Shown: one piece after another, positions 9,554-19,988 of the stretch
Numbering within the stretch: the first letter of the stretch is position 1
How the letters are laid out: each line of letters opens with the position of its first letter
DNA from: Ferruginibacter sp.
Lineage (GTDB): Bacteria; Bacteroidota; Bacteroidia; Chitinophagales; Chitinophagaceae
NCBI GenBank assembly: GCA_040007795.1
Contig: JBDTUK010000121.1
Location: 756 to 64,755, forward strand
Direction of reading: 5' to 3'
Length of the DNA stretch: 64,000 nt
Translations under genes and position numbers: made by a program
Notes under the pieces: generated by a model
The model's database searches: none
Told to the model about the DNA's origin: nothing
Seen by the model: only the letters and a program-made list of their open reading frames with translations

Positions 9554-11290
9554 TTATTTTTTTGTGTCGAACCTGTATTGAAATCCTGTTCTGCATATGC
9601 TCTCTAAGTAATTAGCACCATTGGGTACTATCTCATTGCCGTATTTAAAATAGTTGGTGGTTAAATAAGTGTTCCAGCTGAGCTTCTTTGTGATCTTATA
9701 ATCAATATTGCAGGAAGCAATAAGGTTGTTGTTGCTGCTGAAACTGTTGAGCTTGCCTAATGTGTATTGTAATTGCCCCCTCAGCCTTAATTTCTTTTTT
9801 GCGGCCTGCATACTTAATGCACTGCTGATTGTAAAGAGTTTTATTTTTGCTAAAGGCACATCATTATAAAAATACAATACGCTAAAATCGGGTGAAACAT
9901 CTTTTGCAAAATACGTGGGTACATAAGTAAGCAGTGCTGTATGTGTATTATTTGATGTGGTGAGGCCTGTTAATACATCCCGTTCATCGTACTTGCTGTA
10001 ATTATAACTTAAACTTACCAGGTGCATCATTTTTGAATTACTCCATGTATATGTTGGATTAAATCCCAGGTCATTACTTACATTTTTTATGCCATAAGGA
10101 TTTGTGCCGCTGGCTGATTGAAAACCAAAATTATTATAGTTCACATTTACACTCCAGTGTTCATTAAATTGTGTAAACCAGTTAAGGTTACCGATGAACT
10201 GGTTTGCTTTAAGCGCTGTGTTCTTTACATTATTTACTCTTCGGCCTGCACTCGCCACTACATTCATTTTATAACTGCCTGATTTATTTTTCCAGGCATT
10301 GAACCTTGTGTTGATAGTATAATCAAGCCTGTCGGATTGTTGATAAGGATAACCAACCGTTTGAAAACCTGCACCCAGGTATTTAGCCATTATTCCGAGA
10401 TCGAAGTTTGTTGATTTTTTTCCGGCAGAAACCTGTCCGGCAAAATCGGTAATGGTAGAAGTGTGTGCTTCAACAAAAGGCTTAAGCCCTTTTAAGATAG
10501 GAGATAATGGTGTAGCTACATCTTTGGTAAATGTTGATTGTGCGCCTTCGGCTTTAAAATAAATTCCGTTCTCTATATAAACATCCGATACAATACTGAT
10601 CACAGCACCTTCCTGCGGACGTATAGTAAGTGGTGGTGGTGCTGATGATGTTGGCACGTCTCTTCCTTTAGCAAAATTTATTGCAAATAAATACTGACCT
10701 TCTTTTTCTGTACCTAATTGAACCATCCAGTTTTTACGTTTGTATGCCCCGGTAACTGTTGGCGGACCTGCTAAATAATTAATGCCCTGTTGGGATATGC
10801 CTGTAAAGAATTTAATGAGATAAGTTTTTGGTTTAAGATCAAAGCCGATACCAAACACACCAATATCGCCTGTAGATAGATCAGAATATTTTAAATACTG
10901 GGTTCCTAATTGTAACTCGGCCCATTTGTATTTTGGATTCACGCCAAAATTGTTCATCGGGTTAGTGATGAACTGTCCGAAGTTTTGATTTTTAATGCCT
11001 GCATAAGGCCCGGCAAAGTTTGTAGGTATGGCTGCAAAATTAAAATTGAAAGGCAGGCTGAAATTTTTTCCAAACTTAAATGTTGGTGTAAAATTAAACC
11101 GCACCTGGTTCCATGGTTTTCTTGGAGTGTATCCTGTCCATCCTGATGGGCTACGGCTCAAACCATATCCTTCATAAGTTACGCCTGCTGTGCCACTCAC
11201 CGAAAAGCTTATGGGTTTTGTTTGCGCAAATGAAACATTGCAACAAACAAACAAGGACAATATGATCAATCCAATTTTTCCGGGTTTCAT
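9554..11290 (-). CDS. Putative outer-membrane beta-barrel protein
   Basis: Signal peptide; many amphipathic strands rich in aromatics, N and G; ends GFQYRF plus short tail. Confidence 0.7.
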   Translation of the reverse strand: MKPGKIGLIILSLFVCCNVSFAQTKPISFSVSGTAGVTYEGYGLSRSPSGWTGYTPRKPWNQVRFNFTPTFKFGKNFSLPFNFNFAAIPTNFAGPYAGIKNQNFGQFITNPMNNFGVNPKYKWAELQLGTQYLKYSDLSTGDIGVFGIGFDLKPKTYLIKFFTGISQQGINYLAGPPTVTGAYKRKNWMVQLGTEKEGQYLFAINFAKGRDVPTSSAPPPLTIRPQEGAVISIVSDVYIENGIYFKAEGAQSTFTKDVATPLSPILKGLKPFVEAHTSTITDFAGQVSAGKKSTNFDLGIMAKYLGAGFQTVGYPYQQSDRLDYTINTRFNAWKNKSGSYKMNVVASAGRRVNNVKNTALKANQFIGNLNWFTQFNEHWSVNVNYNNFGFQSASGTNPYGIKNVSNDLGFNPTYTWSNSKMMHLVSLSYNYSKYDERDVLTGLTTSNNTHTALLTYVPTYFAKDVSPDFSVLYFYNDVPLAKIKLFTISSALSMQAAKKKLRLRGQLQYTLGKLNSFSSNNNLIASCNIDYKITKKLSWNTYLTTNYFKYGNEIVPNGANYLESICRTGFQYRFDTKK

Positions 11291-11300
11291 AAATAATTAA

Positions 11301-14300
11301 TTACTGTACGATCACCGTCAGCTGGCAATTACATGGCTTGCCTCCGCAGGTGCCCGACATATTATATGTATAGGTTCCCGACTGCAGGAACGTGAAACTA
11401 TAATTAGGCCCTGTTAAAACGGAAGTGACCCCTGTTGTATTGTTTGTGATCGTTACTGTTAATCCCGAAGGCACGCAGGTTTGTGATGCCGGTGTACATT
11501 GGAAATTCGGATTTAGTGTAACGGGTATGTTTCCTTTCATCAATGTTATAGATCCTCCACAGGCCACAGATTTTTGTCCGCCTTCGTATTTGAATATTGG
11601 ATCCCAATTGCAATTACAAGGTTCGCCGTTATTTCCGCCACTACTGGTTTCTTTACAATCTTTACCATTATAAGTTTTATAACAAATAGTAGTATCGCAC
11701 ATTACGCAGGCTGTATCTGTAAATGTATAGCGCAAACAATATTCAATGGTATCGCAGCAACAGGCTATAGGGCTGCGTGGTGGTAATGGAATTTTAAAAC
11801 TCAGCGGTACCCCATTGGCAAAGCTGTAACCCAGGCTGTCTTTCCATTGTATCAAATGTGAGAAGGGTACTGCAGCCGGAACCGGATTAAAAGTTAATCC
11901 TCCTGAAGGGTTTGTTATGTTTCCAAACAGCTTTGGATCTTTTACACAAACATCGCAATCTTTAGGATGCTTCACTTCAAAGTTTACCAGTGACACGGTA
12001 ACTTTTGTAAGTTTTCGTGGGCCGGCAGTAAGCGTTGCATTTACAGTAAGCACATCATTATTTACACTTTGTGTTGTTGCAATTTTTTTCAACAGGTCTT
12101 TACAACATCCACCGGGTGGCACTTCGGGCACTACCACTTCAATACATACCGGGTTACTTTCAACAGGGTTAATGGTATAACCCCCTGTTGTTGATTTTGC
12201 AATAAAGCCAACAGTATTGCAATCAACCAATCCATTTGCAGTACCGGCAGGTATCTTGGTTTGAAAGGTATAAGTATAAGTTCCGCCAGGGGCTAAAGTA
12301 TATGTTGGATTGAAAGTAAACTTGACTCCCCCATTTGATACAGCACCGGTCCATACACCTGTATTACATGGCGTGCCTGTTGCCGGCCAGCCTGTACATA
12401 TATTTTGAGTAGCCGTGTATAGGGCTGTGTAATTTATATTTATCGGGGCAGTAAGCATCTGCATACTAAACTGATTACTTACCAGTGCAGAGAGCGGGCT
12501 TCCTAAAATGGTCTTGTTGGCTACCGCCGGAATCCGGTCAATCACCACTAAATTATCAACTGCAATGGTTCCTGTATTACGGACTGTTATCTCCCAATCA
12601 ACAGCGGTATTAGGATTTCCGGTTCCACTGTTAGCAAAACTTCCATTCAAATTTCCTTTTACTTTTTTATCAATGCCAATGGCTGCAAATGCACAAATAT
12701 TGAAAGAAGTGTAGCAGGTGTATTGTGGATTAATGAGATTACCTCCCGACATGACAGACCAGAAACCATTTGGCCCACCTACTGCGCCACTCTGCACTAC
12801 GGCTTTAAAACATATTTTATAACTATTAGTACCAACAGGTATGTTGGGCAAATTAAATTTTATGTTCGATGCCGGAACAATGGTCGGGTTTGGCGAAAAT
12901 CCGGTGTACACTACACTTGATGTAATTGCCTGTAACCAGGCAGGCAATGGTATAGTATACATTCCGCCAATGAGAGTTGCATCACCATTGTTTTTAAATT
13001 CATAGCAGAGGTCAATAGTATCGCCAAGATTTTTACAGCCCGGAATATAGTTATTGTTGACGCATATCATATTGGGCTGCGGATTGTAAATGATAACAGG
13101 ATTCTGGTTTCCTCCGGGTCCGCATGGAACACAGGCAAGCGGCGGTGCCACACAATTATAAGAGATAGACAAACTGTCCCTGTAAGGCGGGTTGCCCGCC
13201 GGGCCGCTGCAGGATGAAGTGAGATCATAGTATAAATACAAGCCAACAGATTGGCCGGGTAATAAATTATTTATAGTGTGATCAAATTTATTGGTGTTCG
13301 TTGCAGGTGCATTTGCATCATTAGCTCCATTACCGATCAATGGATATGTAGATGTTGGTGTGAGTGAACAGTTATAATATTTAATGCTACAACTCAACCC
13401 TGCCTGTGAAGTGACCTGTGTAACTGAGTTGGGTGAATTTTTTAAATGCACCAATGGTAAAAAATTAGTAGCCGTTAAGTTTAACGGTGTATTACCACTA
13501 TTATAAATACTATAATAAAAATAGGTTGCGGTTGATGTTGATCCAAACGAGATAGATGAATTGGCTGCTGGCAATGCCGGAATTGTAAACGATGCAGGCA
13601 CTGGCCCCTTTATTATGCTATTAGGCACATTACAGTTTGTTCCTTTTAAGGTTACGTTACTGGTAAGTGTTTGCCCAAGCCCTGAGTTGCAGGGCAGTTT
13701 GACCACATAATAAAAACATTCATAAGTATATTGATTAAATGATGTTGTGTTCGGCGTAATTATATTTCCTGCAACTGTATAGGTAAAACTTCCTCCGTAT
13801 GCCGAAGTTATGGTTCCTAATGCAGGCGAAAGTGCAATAGTGAAACTTGGATTTTTAATTTTAAAACAATCGGGGTTATTATAACAAACCCTGAAAGTTA
13901 TTTCGGCGGTCATTTGGTTGAACGAATGAAAATTATGCGACAGGAAAACATTGTTGTTTAAAATTCCGTTGGAAGAACAGGAGGCATTTTGTGTTGTCGC
14001 CAGGTTATCTGTCAGTACGCCTGTAAATGTGGTTGGTTTTGTTACACCGGTACAGGAATCAGGGCAGTTATACCTGAAACATACATTAAAACTTATAGCA
14101 CCAGTATTGGTGCAGGAAGATAAATTACTTATTGTAATGGTTAGTTGTGAGCCAACATTTGATAAACTCATACAGGCCGGTAAACTGGCTGCACAACTGG
14201 CATCATAACTAACCAGACTTGCATTATAATTAATAACTACCGTGGCGCTTGTTGTTGTCGGTGTCCAGTTAAAAGAAACATTTATAGGAAATGTAGTTCC

Positions 14301-14429
14301 TAAATTATGTGCCGTCGGAAATGTTGGATCAGAAATGGTAAACCCATTTACCTGCGCCTTTACACTGTTACCGAAAACAACTGCTGTAATTATTAAAAAA
14401 AGTTTGAAATATTTATTTATCTGTTTCAT
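11301..14429 (-). CDS. Large exported Cys/Thr/Asn-rich protein with DUF11/Ig-like domains (adhesin-like)
   Basis: Signal peptide (...SVKAQ); WEITVRNTG...VVIDRIP (DUF11-like); C-terminal Cys-rich domain; no T9SS CTD seen. Start moved to 14429. Confidence 0.7.
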   Translation of the reverse strand: MKQINKYFKLFLIITAVVFGNSVKAQVNGFTISDPTFPTAHNLGTTFPINVSFNWTPTTTSATVVINYNASLVSYDASCAASLPACMSLSNVGSQLTITISNLSSCTNTGAISFNVCFRYNCPDSCTGVTKPTTFTGVLTDNLATTQNASCSSNGILNNNVFLSHNFHSFNQMTAEITFRVCYNNPDCFKIKNPSFTIALSPALGTITSAYGGSFTYTVAGNIITPNTTSFNQYTYECFYYVVKLPCNSGLGQTLTSNVTLKGTNCNVPNSIIKGPVPASFTIPALPAANSSISFGSTSTATYFYYSIYNSGNTPLNLTATNFLPLVHLKNSPNSVTQVTSQAGLSCSIKYYNCSLTPTSTYPLIGNGANDANAPATNTNKFDHTINNLLPGQSVGLYLYYDLTSSCSGPAGNPPYRDSLSISYNCVAPPLACVPCGPGGNQNPVIIYNPQPNMICVNNNYIPGCKNLGDTIDLCYEFKNNGDATLIGGMYTIPLPAWLQAITSSVVYTGFSPNPTIVPASNIKFNLPNIPVGTNSYKICFKAVVQSGAVGGPNGFWSVMSGGNLINPQYTCYTSFNICAFAAIGIDKKVKGNLNGSFANSGTGNPNTAVDWEITVRNTGTIAVDNLVVIDRIPAVANKTILGSPLSALVSNQFSMQMLTAPININYTALYTATQNICTGWPATGTPCNTGVWTGAVSNGGVKFTFNPTYTLAPGGTYTYTFQTKIPAGTANGLVDCNTVGFIAKSTTGGYTINPVESNPVCIEVVVPEVPPGGCCKDLLKKIATTQSVNNDVLTVNATLTAGPRKLTKVTVSLVNFEVKHPKDCDVCVKDPKLFGNITNPSGGLTFNPVPAAVPFSHLIQWKDSLGYSFANGVPLSFKIPLPPRSPIACCCDTIEYCLRYTFTDTACVMCDTTICYKTYNGKDCKETSSGGNNGEPCNCNWDPIFKYEGGQKSVACGGSITLMKGNIPVTLNPNFQCTPASQTCVPSGLTVTITNNTTGVTSVLTGPNYSFTFLQSGTYTYNMSGTCGGKPCNCQLTVIVQ

Positions 14430-14455
14430 AATAATTTTTTTTGGCTTTAAAAGGA

Positions 14456-17020
14456 TCATTGTGCTTTTCTTTCTATTACATAACACTTAATTACATCACA
14501 GGCATGACAACAAAAATCCCAGATGGTATACCGGATACAGACCTTTATTTTATCGCCACAACATTTTAAACTACTTCCCGGCGGAACGGCTATTGGTAAA
14601 GAAAAACTATTGGCCTTGGGTGTTGGGTTTGGATCAGGGTTTGGAATAACAATAATTCCCTGGCCTGTATTTGCAACTCTTGCCATATTGCTTTTCGGAT
14701 CAACGGGAGGTGGTGGTGGTGAAGTGGTGCCACAGGTTGTACATTTTTCATTAAGGTTAGGATTACCATTATCTCCATGCCCGTCTCCTCCATTTCCATT
14801 CCCATGTCCATCACAATCTTTTTGTACAGTTGTAAGCCAGGTCCATTCCCTGCCAAAATTTATTCCGTTCAACAACCCGGTACCAAAACCCGTAAAAGCA
14901 GCGCTTGATGGCTTTATAAAATTTCCCCATTCCTTATTCTCTGCACATTTCACACAATTACTGTCGCCGGTTTGTTCAATGTTATAATAAACCAGTTCCA
15001 TGGTTATTTTCTTAACCACGTTGGGGTTTAATCCATTTAAAATACCTGATAATAAAATTTGTCCGCTGGTACTTGCTGTAGTTGTAAGCGTATCATTCTT
15101 TATAGTAACGCCCAATGTTCTGCAGGGATCGCAGGGACAATTCAACGTGTCGGTTTCTACTTCGGTCTCAGTAATTGCATTATCCAGTGCATCTTCTGCT
15201 CTTACAAAAAAGCGGATCGTTCTTGCAGTATCAATACATTTAATTGTTCCGGTAAATACCTGCGAACCGAGTCCGGTTATATTAACAGGTAATATTGGCG
15301 AAAGGCCGGTAATGGAAATAACATTGGTAACTCCGTTTACCTTATCAATATTCAGGTTGGTGATCTTAACTGTGTTGGAAAGATTGTTCTTGATCTTAAC
15401 ATACACATTCTGCATACCATCGCTTCCACAACAACTTACATATACACTGTCAATCTGGATATCAATATCATTACTGGCAATTTTAAATGTAGTGGGTTCG
15501 GTGCTGCAGGATACATTACCATCTCTTGTTATCATCTCCACGTTCCAGATAAAATCACACATGTATGGAGGCTTGCAGGGGCCGGTGATTACGCCTGTTA
15601 CTGTTGTTTCTGTTCTGTTTTTTATTTCTTTTGTTATAACCGGCTTATTAGATCTCATGGCTTGTGTACCATTTTGCCCCTGCATCAGTTGCCATACTTT
15701 TAATCTATATGTTGGCGATTCCCCGGGAACCGGTTGTGTCCATTTGAATGTAATAGCTCCCTTTGCTTCTTTTAAATTAAATTTCTTATTGTCTTCGGGT
15801 AAGAGATTATCCGGACATTTTTTATTTTCTTCAGTAATACTGAATGCGGTTGATTCGCTGGTGCCTGCTATATGACCATCTCTTGTAATTGCCTGAACAT
15901 TCCAGACAAAATCACACATGTATGGAGGCTTACATGGGCCAGTTATTAAATTCATTATTATTCCGTCTGTAAGTGCGTCTGTCGAACCATTTCCATCTAT
16001 ATCCAATAAAGCAAGAGGCTGGTTTGTTGCAATCGCCTGTCTCCCCGTTTGTCCCTGCATCAGTTGCCATACCCGTAATTTATATTTTATGCCCGTTTGA
16101 TTTGGTAGAACCGGTTTCCATTTAAAGGTTATAGATTTTTTTGCATCATCAAGACTAATGCTTTTATTATTTTCCGGGAAGACATTTTCCGGAGGTCTGA
16201 TTCCTCCTGATTCATTCACAGTAAAAGTAAAAGGTTCGCTGGTGCCTTCATTTCTACCCATCGGTTTTCCTTCCCTGTTCAGCGCCTGAACATTCCAGAT
16301 AAAATCACATAGATAAGGAGGTTTACATGGCCCGTTATATATTCCTGTAATAACGGCCTGGGTAATATTATCTACATCTTTTGTAATAATGGGCTGGTTT
16401 GATCTCATCGCCTGTGTACCATTTTGTCCCTGCATCAATTGCCAAACCTTTAAACGATAGGTCACCGGTTCTTTAGGTTTAGGCACAAGCGGTGTCCAGC
16501 GAAACATCACCGGTTTTTGTATATCTGTTTGTAAAAATGTTTTTCCGGTTTCCGGAGTTATTAAAGTTGGTGGAGCAAAATCAGTTTCCTTGGGTGTTTC
16601 AACTGTAAACTCTTTGCATGCCTGGTTACTGATCTCTCTTCTATCTATATTGAAGAATTGTGCACAAATGGTATAGCTGCCGTCTTTCAGGTCGTGGCAA
16701 CCGGCAAAAGCGCCCGTAAGTTCGGCTGCGGAAAATGTTCGGGTGGTGAAATTATCAACAACAATCCCTCCCGAAGAAGCATTACTGCAAACAATGGCAC
16801 CATTGGCTTTTATCTGCAATACCAGCCTGATGTCCTTGATCTGGATTGTTGGTGGTATTTGAGCAACCAGCAAAAGTGATCCCGGAATACTGTTCCAATT
16901 ATCAATAGCAGCAGGTAGCTGGTTCTTTACAGTGAAGCTTACGATCTTTATTTGTTGTGCCTGGCTATATACAGTTATGCAAACAATGGCTGACAAAAGC
17001 AGCAACAGGAGTTTTTTCAT
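14456..17020 (-). CDS. Exported protein with three FnIII/TANFOR-like repeats and a Cys-rich C-terminal domain
   Basis: Signal peptide; three repeats with F(R/K)W...YxLxVWQLMQGQ...GPCKPPYxCDFxWNV. Confidence 0.75.
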   Translation of the reverse strand: MKKLLLLLLSAIVCITVYSQAQQIKIVSFTVKNQLPAAIDNWNSIPGSLLLVAQIPPTIQIKDIRLVLQIKANGAIVCSNASSGGIVVDNFTTRTFSAAELTGAFAGCHDLKDGSYTICAQFFNIDRREISNQACKEFTVETPKETDFAPPTLITPETGKTFLQTDIQKPVMFRWTPLVPKPKEPVTYRLKVWQLMQGQNGTQAMRSNQPIITKDVDNITQAVITGIYNGPCKPPYLCDFIWNVQALNREGKPMGRNEGTSEPFTFTVNESGGIRPPENVFPENNKSISLDDAKKSITFKWKPVLPNQTGIKYKLRVWQLMQGQTGRQAIATNQPLALLDIDGNGSTDALTDGIIMNLITGPCKPPYMCDFVWNVQAITRDGHIAGTSESTAFSITEENKKCPDNLLPEDNKKFNLKEAKGAITFKWTQPVPGESPTYRLKVWQLMQGQNGTQAMRSNKPVITKEIKNRTETTVTGVITGPCKPPYMCDFIWNVEMITRDGNVSCSTEPTTFKIASNDIDIQIDSVYVSCCGSDGMQNVYVKIKNNLSNTVKITNLNIDKVNGVTNVISITGLSPILPVNITGLGSQVFTGTIKCIDTARTIRFFVRAEDALDNAITETEVETDTLNCPCDPCRTLGVTIKNDTLTTTASTSGQILLSGILNGLNPNVVKKITMELVYYNIEQTGDSNCVKCAENKEWGNFIKPSSAAFTGFGTGLLNGINFGREWTWLTTVQKDCDGHGNGNGGDGHGDNGNPNLNEKCTTCGTTSPPPPPVDPKSNMARVANTGQGIIVIPNPDPNPTPKANSFSLPIAVPPGSSLKCCGDKIKVCIRYTIWDFCCHACDVIKCYVIERKAQ

Positions 17021-17361
17021 AAATAATAAATTTTGGTAAACCGGTCTTAAGCATATCGTTTACAATAAACAATATAGACCTATTAAATATTGTGTACAAG
17101 CAAAACTTATAAAGGGCTGTTAATTACTTTGACGCTACCGGAATACCGGATTGAGCCCGAAAATGCCCGGCTTTTATTTATATTGAATGGCTACATTGTT
17201 TTACTGATTAATTGTTATGGAATCTCAAAGCCGAAAATGCCCCAACAATTTAACCATTCAGCAGTTTGACCATTATGCCTGTAAAGACCACTGTTAGAAG
17301 CCAACTTGAGCCTGCATTAAATTTGTTCAAAAATTGCCCGTACATTTAGGGCGGTTAATTT

Positions 17362-17369
17362 TATATTTG
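17362..17369 (+). promoter_or_regulatory. Bacteroidota -7 promoter element for dnaN
   Basis: TATATTTG matches TAnnTTTG, 18 nt before the ATG. Confidence 0.55.
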
Positions 17370-17387
17370 CCAACTAAAGATATAATT

Positions 17388-18503
17388 ATGAAGTTCATCG
17401 TTTCGTCATCGGCTTTGCTGAAACAGTTACAACAGATCAGTGGTGTTATTAATACCAATACCGTGCTGCCCATACTGGAAGATTTTTTATTTGAAATTGA
17501 AAAGAACAAGCTCACTGTTGTGGCTACCGACCTTGAAACAGTTATGAAGGTTCACCTGGACATTGAGGCAAAGGATAGCGGTAAGGTTTGTATCCCTGCA
17601 AAAATATTGCTTGACTCTCTTAAGAATATAGCCGAGCAGCCACTCACTTTTAATATTGATAAAAATTTTTCGGTTGAAATTACCAGTGATAATGGTAAGT
17701 ATAAAGTAATGGGCGAAACACCCGACAATTTTCCGAAAGAACCGGCGGCTGATGATGCCAATTCGTTTACCATGACTTCTTCTGCATTGGTAACCGCCAT
17801 TAACAAAGCCATATTTGCAGTAAGTAATGATGACCTGCGTCCGGCTATGACGGGTGTATTTTTTGAACTGGATAAAAAAGGAATGACCTTTGTTGCAACC
17901 GATGCTCATCGCCTGGTACGTTATACCCGTAGCGATGTAAGCTGCCCGAAAAAAGATTCTTTTATTGTTCCTAAAAAGCCATTGAACTTATTAAAGAGCG
18001 CTTTGCCCGATAATGAAGATGAGTTGAATATCTCTTATAATAGTAATCATTTGTTTGTGGTACACGGTGGCACCGAACTGGTGTGCCGCTTGATTGATGC
18101 CCGTTTCCCCGATTATAAAGTGGTGATACCGGCTGATAATCCTTATAAGATGACGGTGAACAAACATGATTTTCAAAATGCATTACGCAGGGTGAGTGTG
18201 TTTAGCAATAAGAGCACCAACCAGGTGGCATTAAGCATCAGCGGAAGCGAATTACAATTAGCTGCACAGGATGTTGATTTTAGTTTTGAAGGTAACGAAC
18301 GCATGGCCTGCCAGTATGATGGCGAAGATTTACAGATCGCTTTCAATGCAAAGTTTTTAATTGAAATGCTTGGCGGGGCCGATACGGGGGATATTGTTAT
18401 GGAACTAAGTACACCTACAAAAGCCGGTATTATAAAACCAACCGAACAAGGCGAAGGAGAACAGTTATTGATGCTGGTGATGCCGCTGATGTTGAATAAT
18501 TAA
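17388..18503 (+). CDS. dnaN: DNA polymerase III beta sliding clamp
   Basis: MKFIVSS...ATDLE, RPAMTGV, VATDAHRL, RLIDARFPDY, IAFNAKFL, LVMPL. Confidence 0.97.
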   Translation: MKFIVSSSALLKQLQQISGVINTNTVLPILEDFLFEIEKNKLTVVATDLETVMKVHLDIEAKDSGKVCIPAKILLDSLKNIAEQPLTFNIDKNFSVEITSDNGKYKVMGETPDNFPKEPAADDANSFTMTSSALVTAINKAIFAVSNDDLRPAMTGVFFELDKKGMTFVATDAHRLVRYTRSDVSCPKKDSFIVPKKPLNLLKSALPDNEDELNISYNSNHLFVVHGGTELVCRLIDARFPDYKVVIPADNPYKMTVNKHDFQNALRRVSVFSNKSTNQVALSISGSELQLAAQDVDFSFEGNERMACQYDGEDLQIAFNAKFLIEMLGGADTGDIVMELSTPTKAGIIKPTEQGEGEQLLMLVMPLMLNN

Positions 18504-18504
18504 A

Positions 18505-18530
18505 CCCCCTCCGTCCCCTAAAGGGGGAAC
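18505..18530. repeat. Short CCCCTAAAGGGG palindromic element
   Basis: CCCCCTCCGTCCCCTAAAGGGGGAAC directly after the dnaN stop; resembles short REP-like elements of Bacteroidota; single copy here. Confidence 0.4.
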
Positions 18531-18549
18531 TTAAAGAGTAAAATAACTT

Positions 18550-18580
18550 AAAGCCGAATGTGATATACTTCGGCTTTTTT
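18550..18580 (+). terminator. Intrinsic terminator after dnaN
   Basis: AAAGCCGAA...TTCGGCTTTTTT hairpin with T tract. Confidence 0.7.
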
Positions 18581-18646
18581 ATGTGTATAATCAATATGAA
18601 TCTTTCTGATTCTTTTATTGAACTTACAGTTCTAAACTTATAAGAC

Positions 18647-19552
18647 ATGTTTTTAATTATAATTGGAATTATTGTTTTGGTCCTTTCTGCCATCTTACTT
18701 AAAAATAATCCTGCATTGGCAAAATTTAAACCCATTGGCCGAATCCTTGGTCTTGTTTTTATTTTACTGGGCATACTAAATGCCTGTATAAAACAAATTG
18801 ATGCCGGTGAAGTGGGCGTAAAAGTATTGTTTGGAAGTATACAGAATGATATAATGGGCAGTGGCCTGCATTTTATTAATCCATTACTTGATGTAAGAAA
18901 ATTAGATGTAAAAACGCAGAACTATACTATGAGCGGCGTAAATGATGAAGGTAATAAATCAGGAGATGATGCAATAAGGGTATTAACCAGCGATGGCCTG
19001 GAAGTTACCATTGATCTTACTGTTTTATACCGGGTTGTATCATCTGATGCTCCAAAACTATTGAGAGAGACCGGAGATGATTACCGGGATAAGATCGTTC
19101 GGCCCATCACCCGTACAAAGATTCGGGATAACGCCGTGTACTACCAGGCTGTAGACCTGTTTGGTAATAAAAGAGATGAATTTCAGCAACGCATTTACCG
19201 GAGTATTGAAGATGATTTTAAAAAACGCGGCCTGATGCTTGAGCAGTTATTGGTAAGAAATATTACACTGCCCAATTCTGTAAAAGCTTCTATCGAATCA
19301 AAGATCAATGCAGAACAGGATGCAAAAAAAATGGAGTTCGTGCTACTGAAAGAAAAACAGGAAGCAGAAAGAAAAAGAGTGGAGGCACAGGGTATTGCCG
19401 ATTATCAGCGCATTATTAATACAGGTTTAACCGATCAGCAATTACAATACGAACAAATTAAAGCTATGAAAGAACTGGCACTGAGCGCCAACGCCAAAGT
19501 GATTGTAATGGGCAAAGGAAGTACGCCGATAATTATTGACAGCAAACAATAG
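18647..19552 (+). CDS. SPFH/prohibitin family membrane protein
   Basis: Two N-terminal TM segments, IDAGEVGV, GLHFINP, AERKRVEAQGIA coiled coil. Confidence 0.9.
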   Translation: MFLIIIGIIVLVLSAILLKNNPALAKFKPIGRILGLVFILLGILNACIKQIDAGEVGVKVLFGSIQNDIMGSGLHFINPLLDVRKLDVKTQNYTMSGVNDEGNKSGDDAIRVLTSDGLEVTIDLTVLYRVVSSDAPKLLRETGDDYRDKIVRPITRTKIRDNAVYYQAVDLFGNKRDEFQQRIYRSIEDDFKKRGLMLEQLLVRNITLPNSVKASIESKINAEQDAKKMEFVLLKEKQEAERKRVEAQGIADYQRIINTGLTDQQLQYEQIKAMKELALSANAKVIVMGKGSTPIIIDSKQ

Positions 19553-19557
19553 TCAAC

Positions 19558-19965
19558 ATGAATTTTAAACAAATAGCTTCCTACGATAATTACATGCTGG
19601 CTAATATGACCTTGGGCATGTTACAGGAAAATGAAATTAATTGTCATTTAAAAGATGAGCATATTGTAACGATTGATCCATTGCTTAATCCTGCCGTTGG
19701 CGGTATTAAAATTTTAGTAGCTGAGACTGATTATGAAAGAGCACTTGAAATAATAAAAAAAGCAGAAGAAGATTATATCAAAGATATCCCCTGCCCCAAT
19801 TGCCAAAGTCATTCATTGTCTGTAGAAGAAAAAATAAGTAATCCGGAAAATTTTTGGGGCAAACTAAAGAACCAGATTGCATATGGACAAACATCTACTT
19901 ACAGAAAGCAATACCGCTGTAAAAACTGTAACCGGATTTTTACTGAACTTCCGGCTTCGTTTTAA
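19558..19965 (+). CDS. DUF2007-like protein with C-terminal Zn ribbon
   Basis: LQENEINC...GGIKILV; CPNC...CKNC. Confidence 0.7.
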   Translation: MNFKQIASYDNYMLANMTLGMLQENEINCHLKDEHIVTIDPLLNPAVGGIKILVAETDYERALEIIKKAEEDYIKDIPCPNCQSHSLSVEEKISNPENFWGKLKNQIAYGQTSTYRKQYRCKNCNRIFTELPASF

Positions 19966-19988
19966 AAAATAACCTGCACTTTTGTTTC

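Noticed and set aside
14523-16879. Plus-strand ORFs up to 291 aa inside the 854-aa gene
   Set aside because: Antisense shadows with no motifs; the minus-strand protein has a signal peptide and coherent repeats.
17021-17387. Region upstream of dnaN as oriC
   Set aside because: No cluster of DnaA-box-like 9-mers and no dnaA gene; 56966-57559 fits much better.
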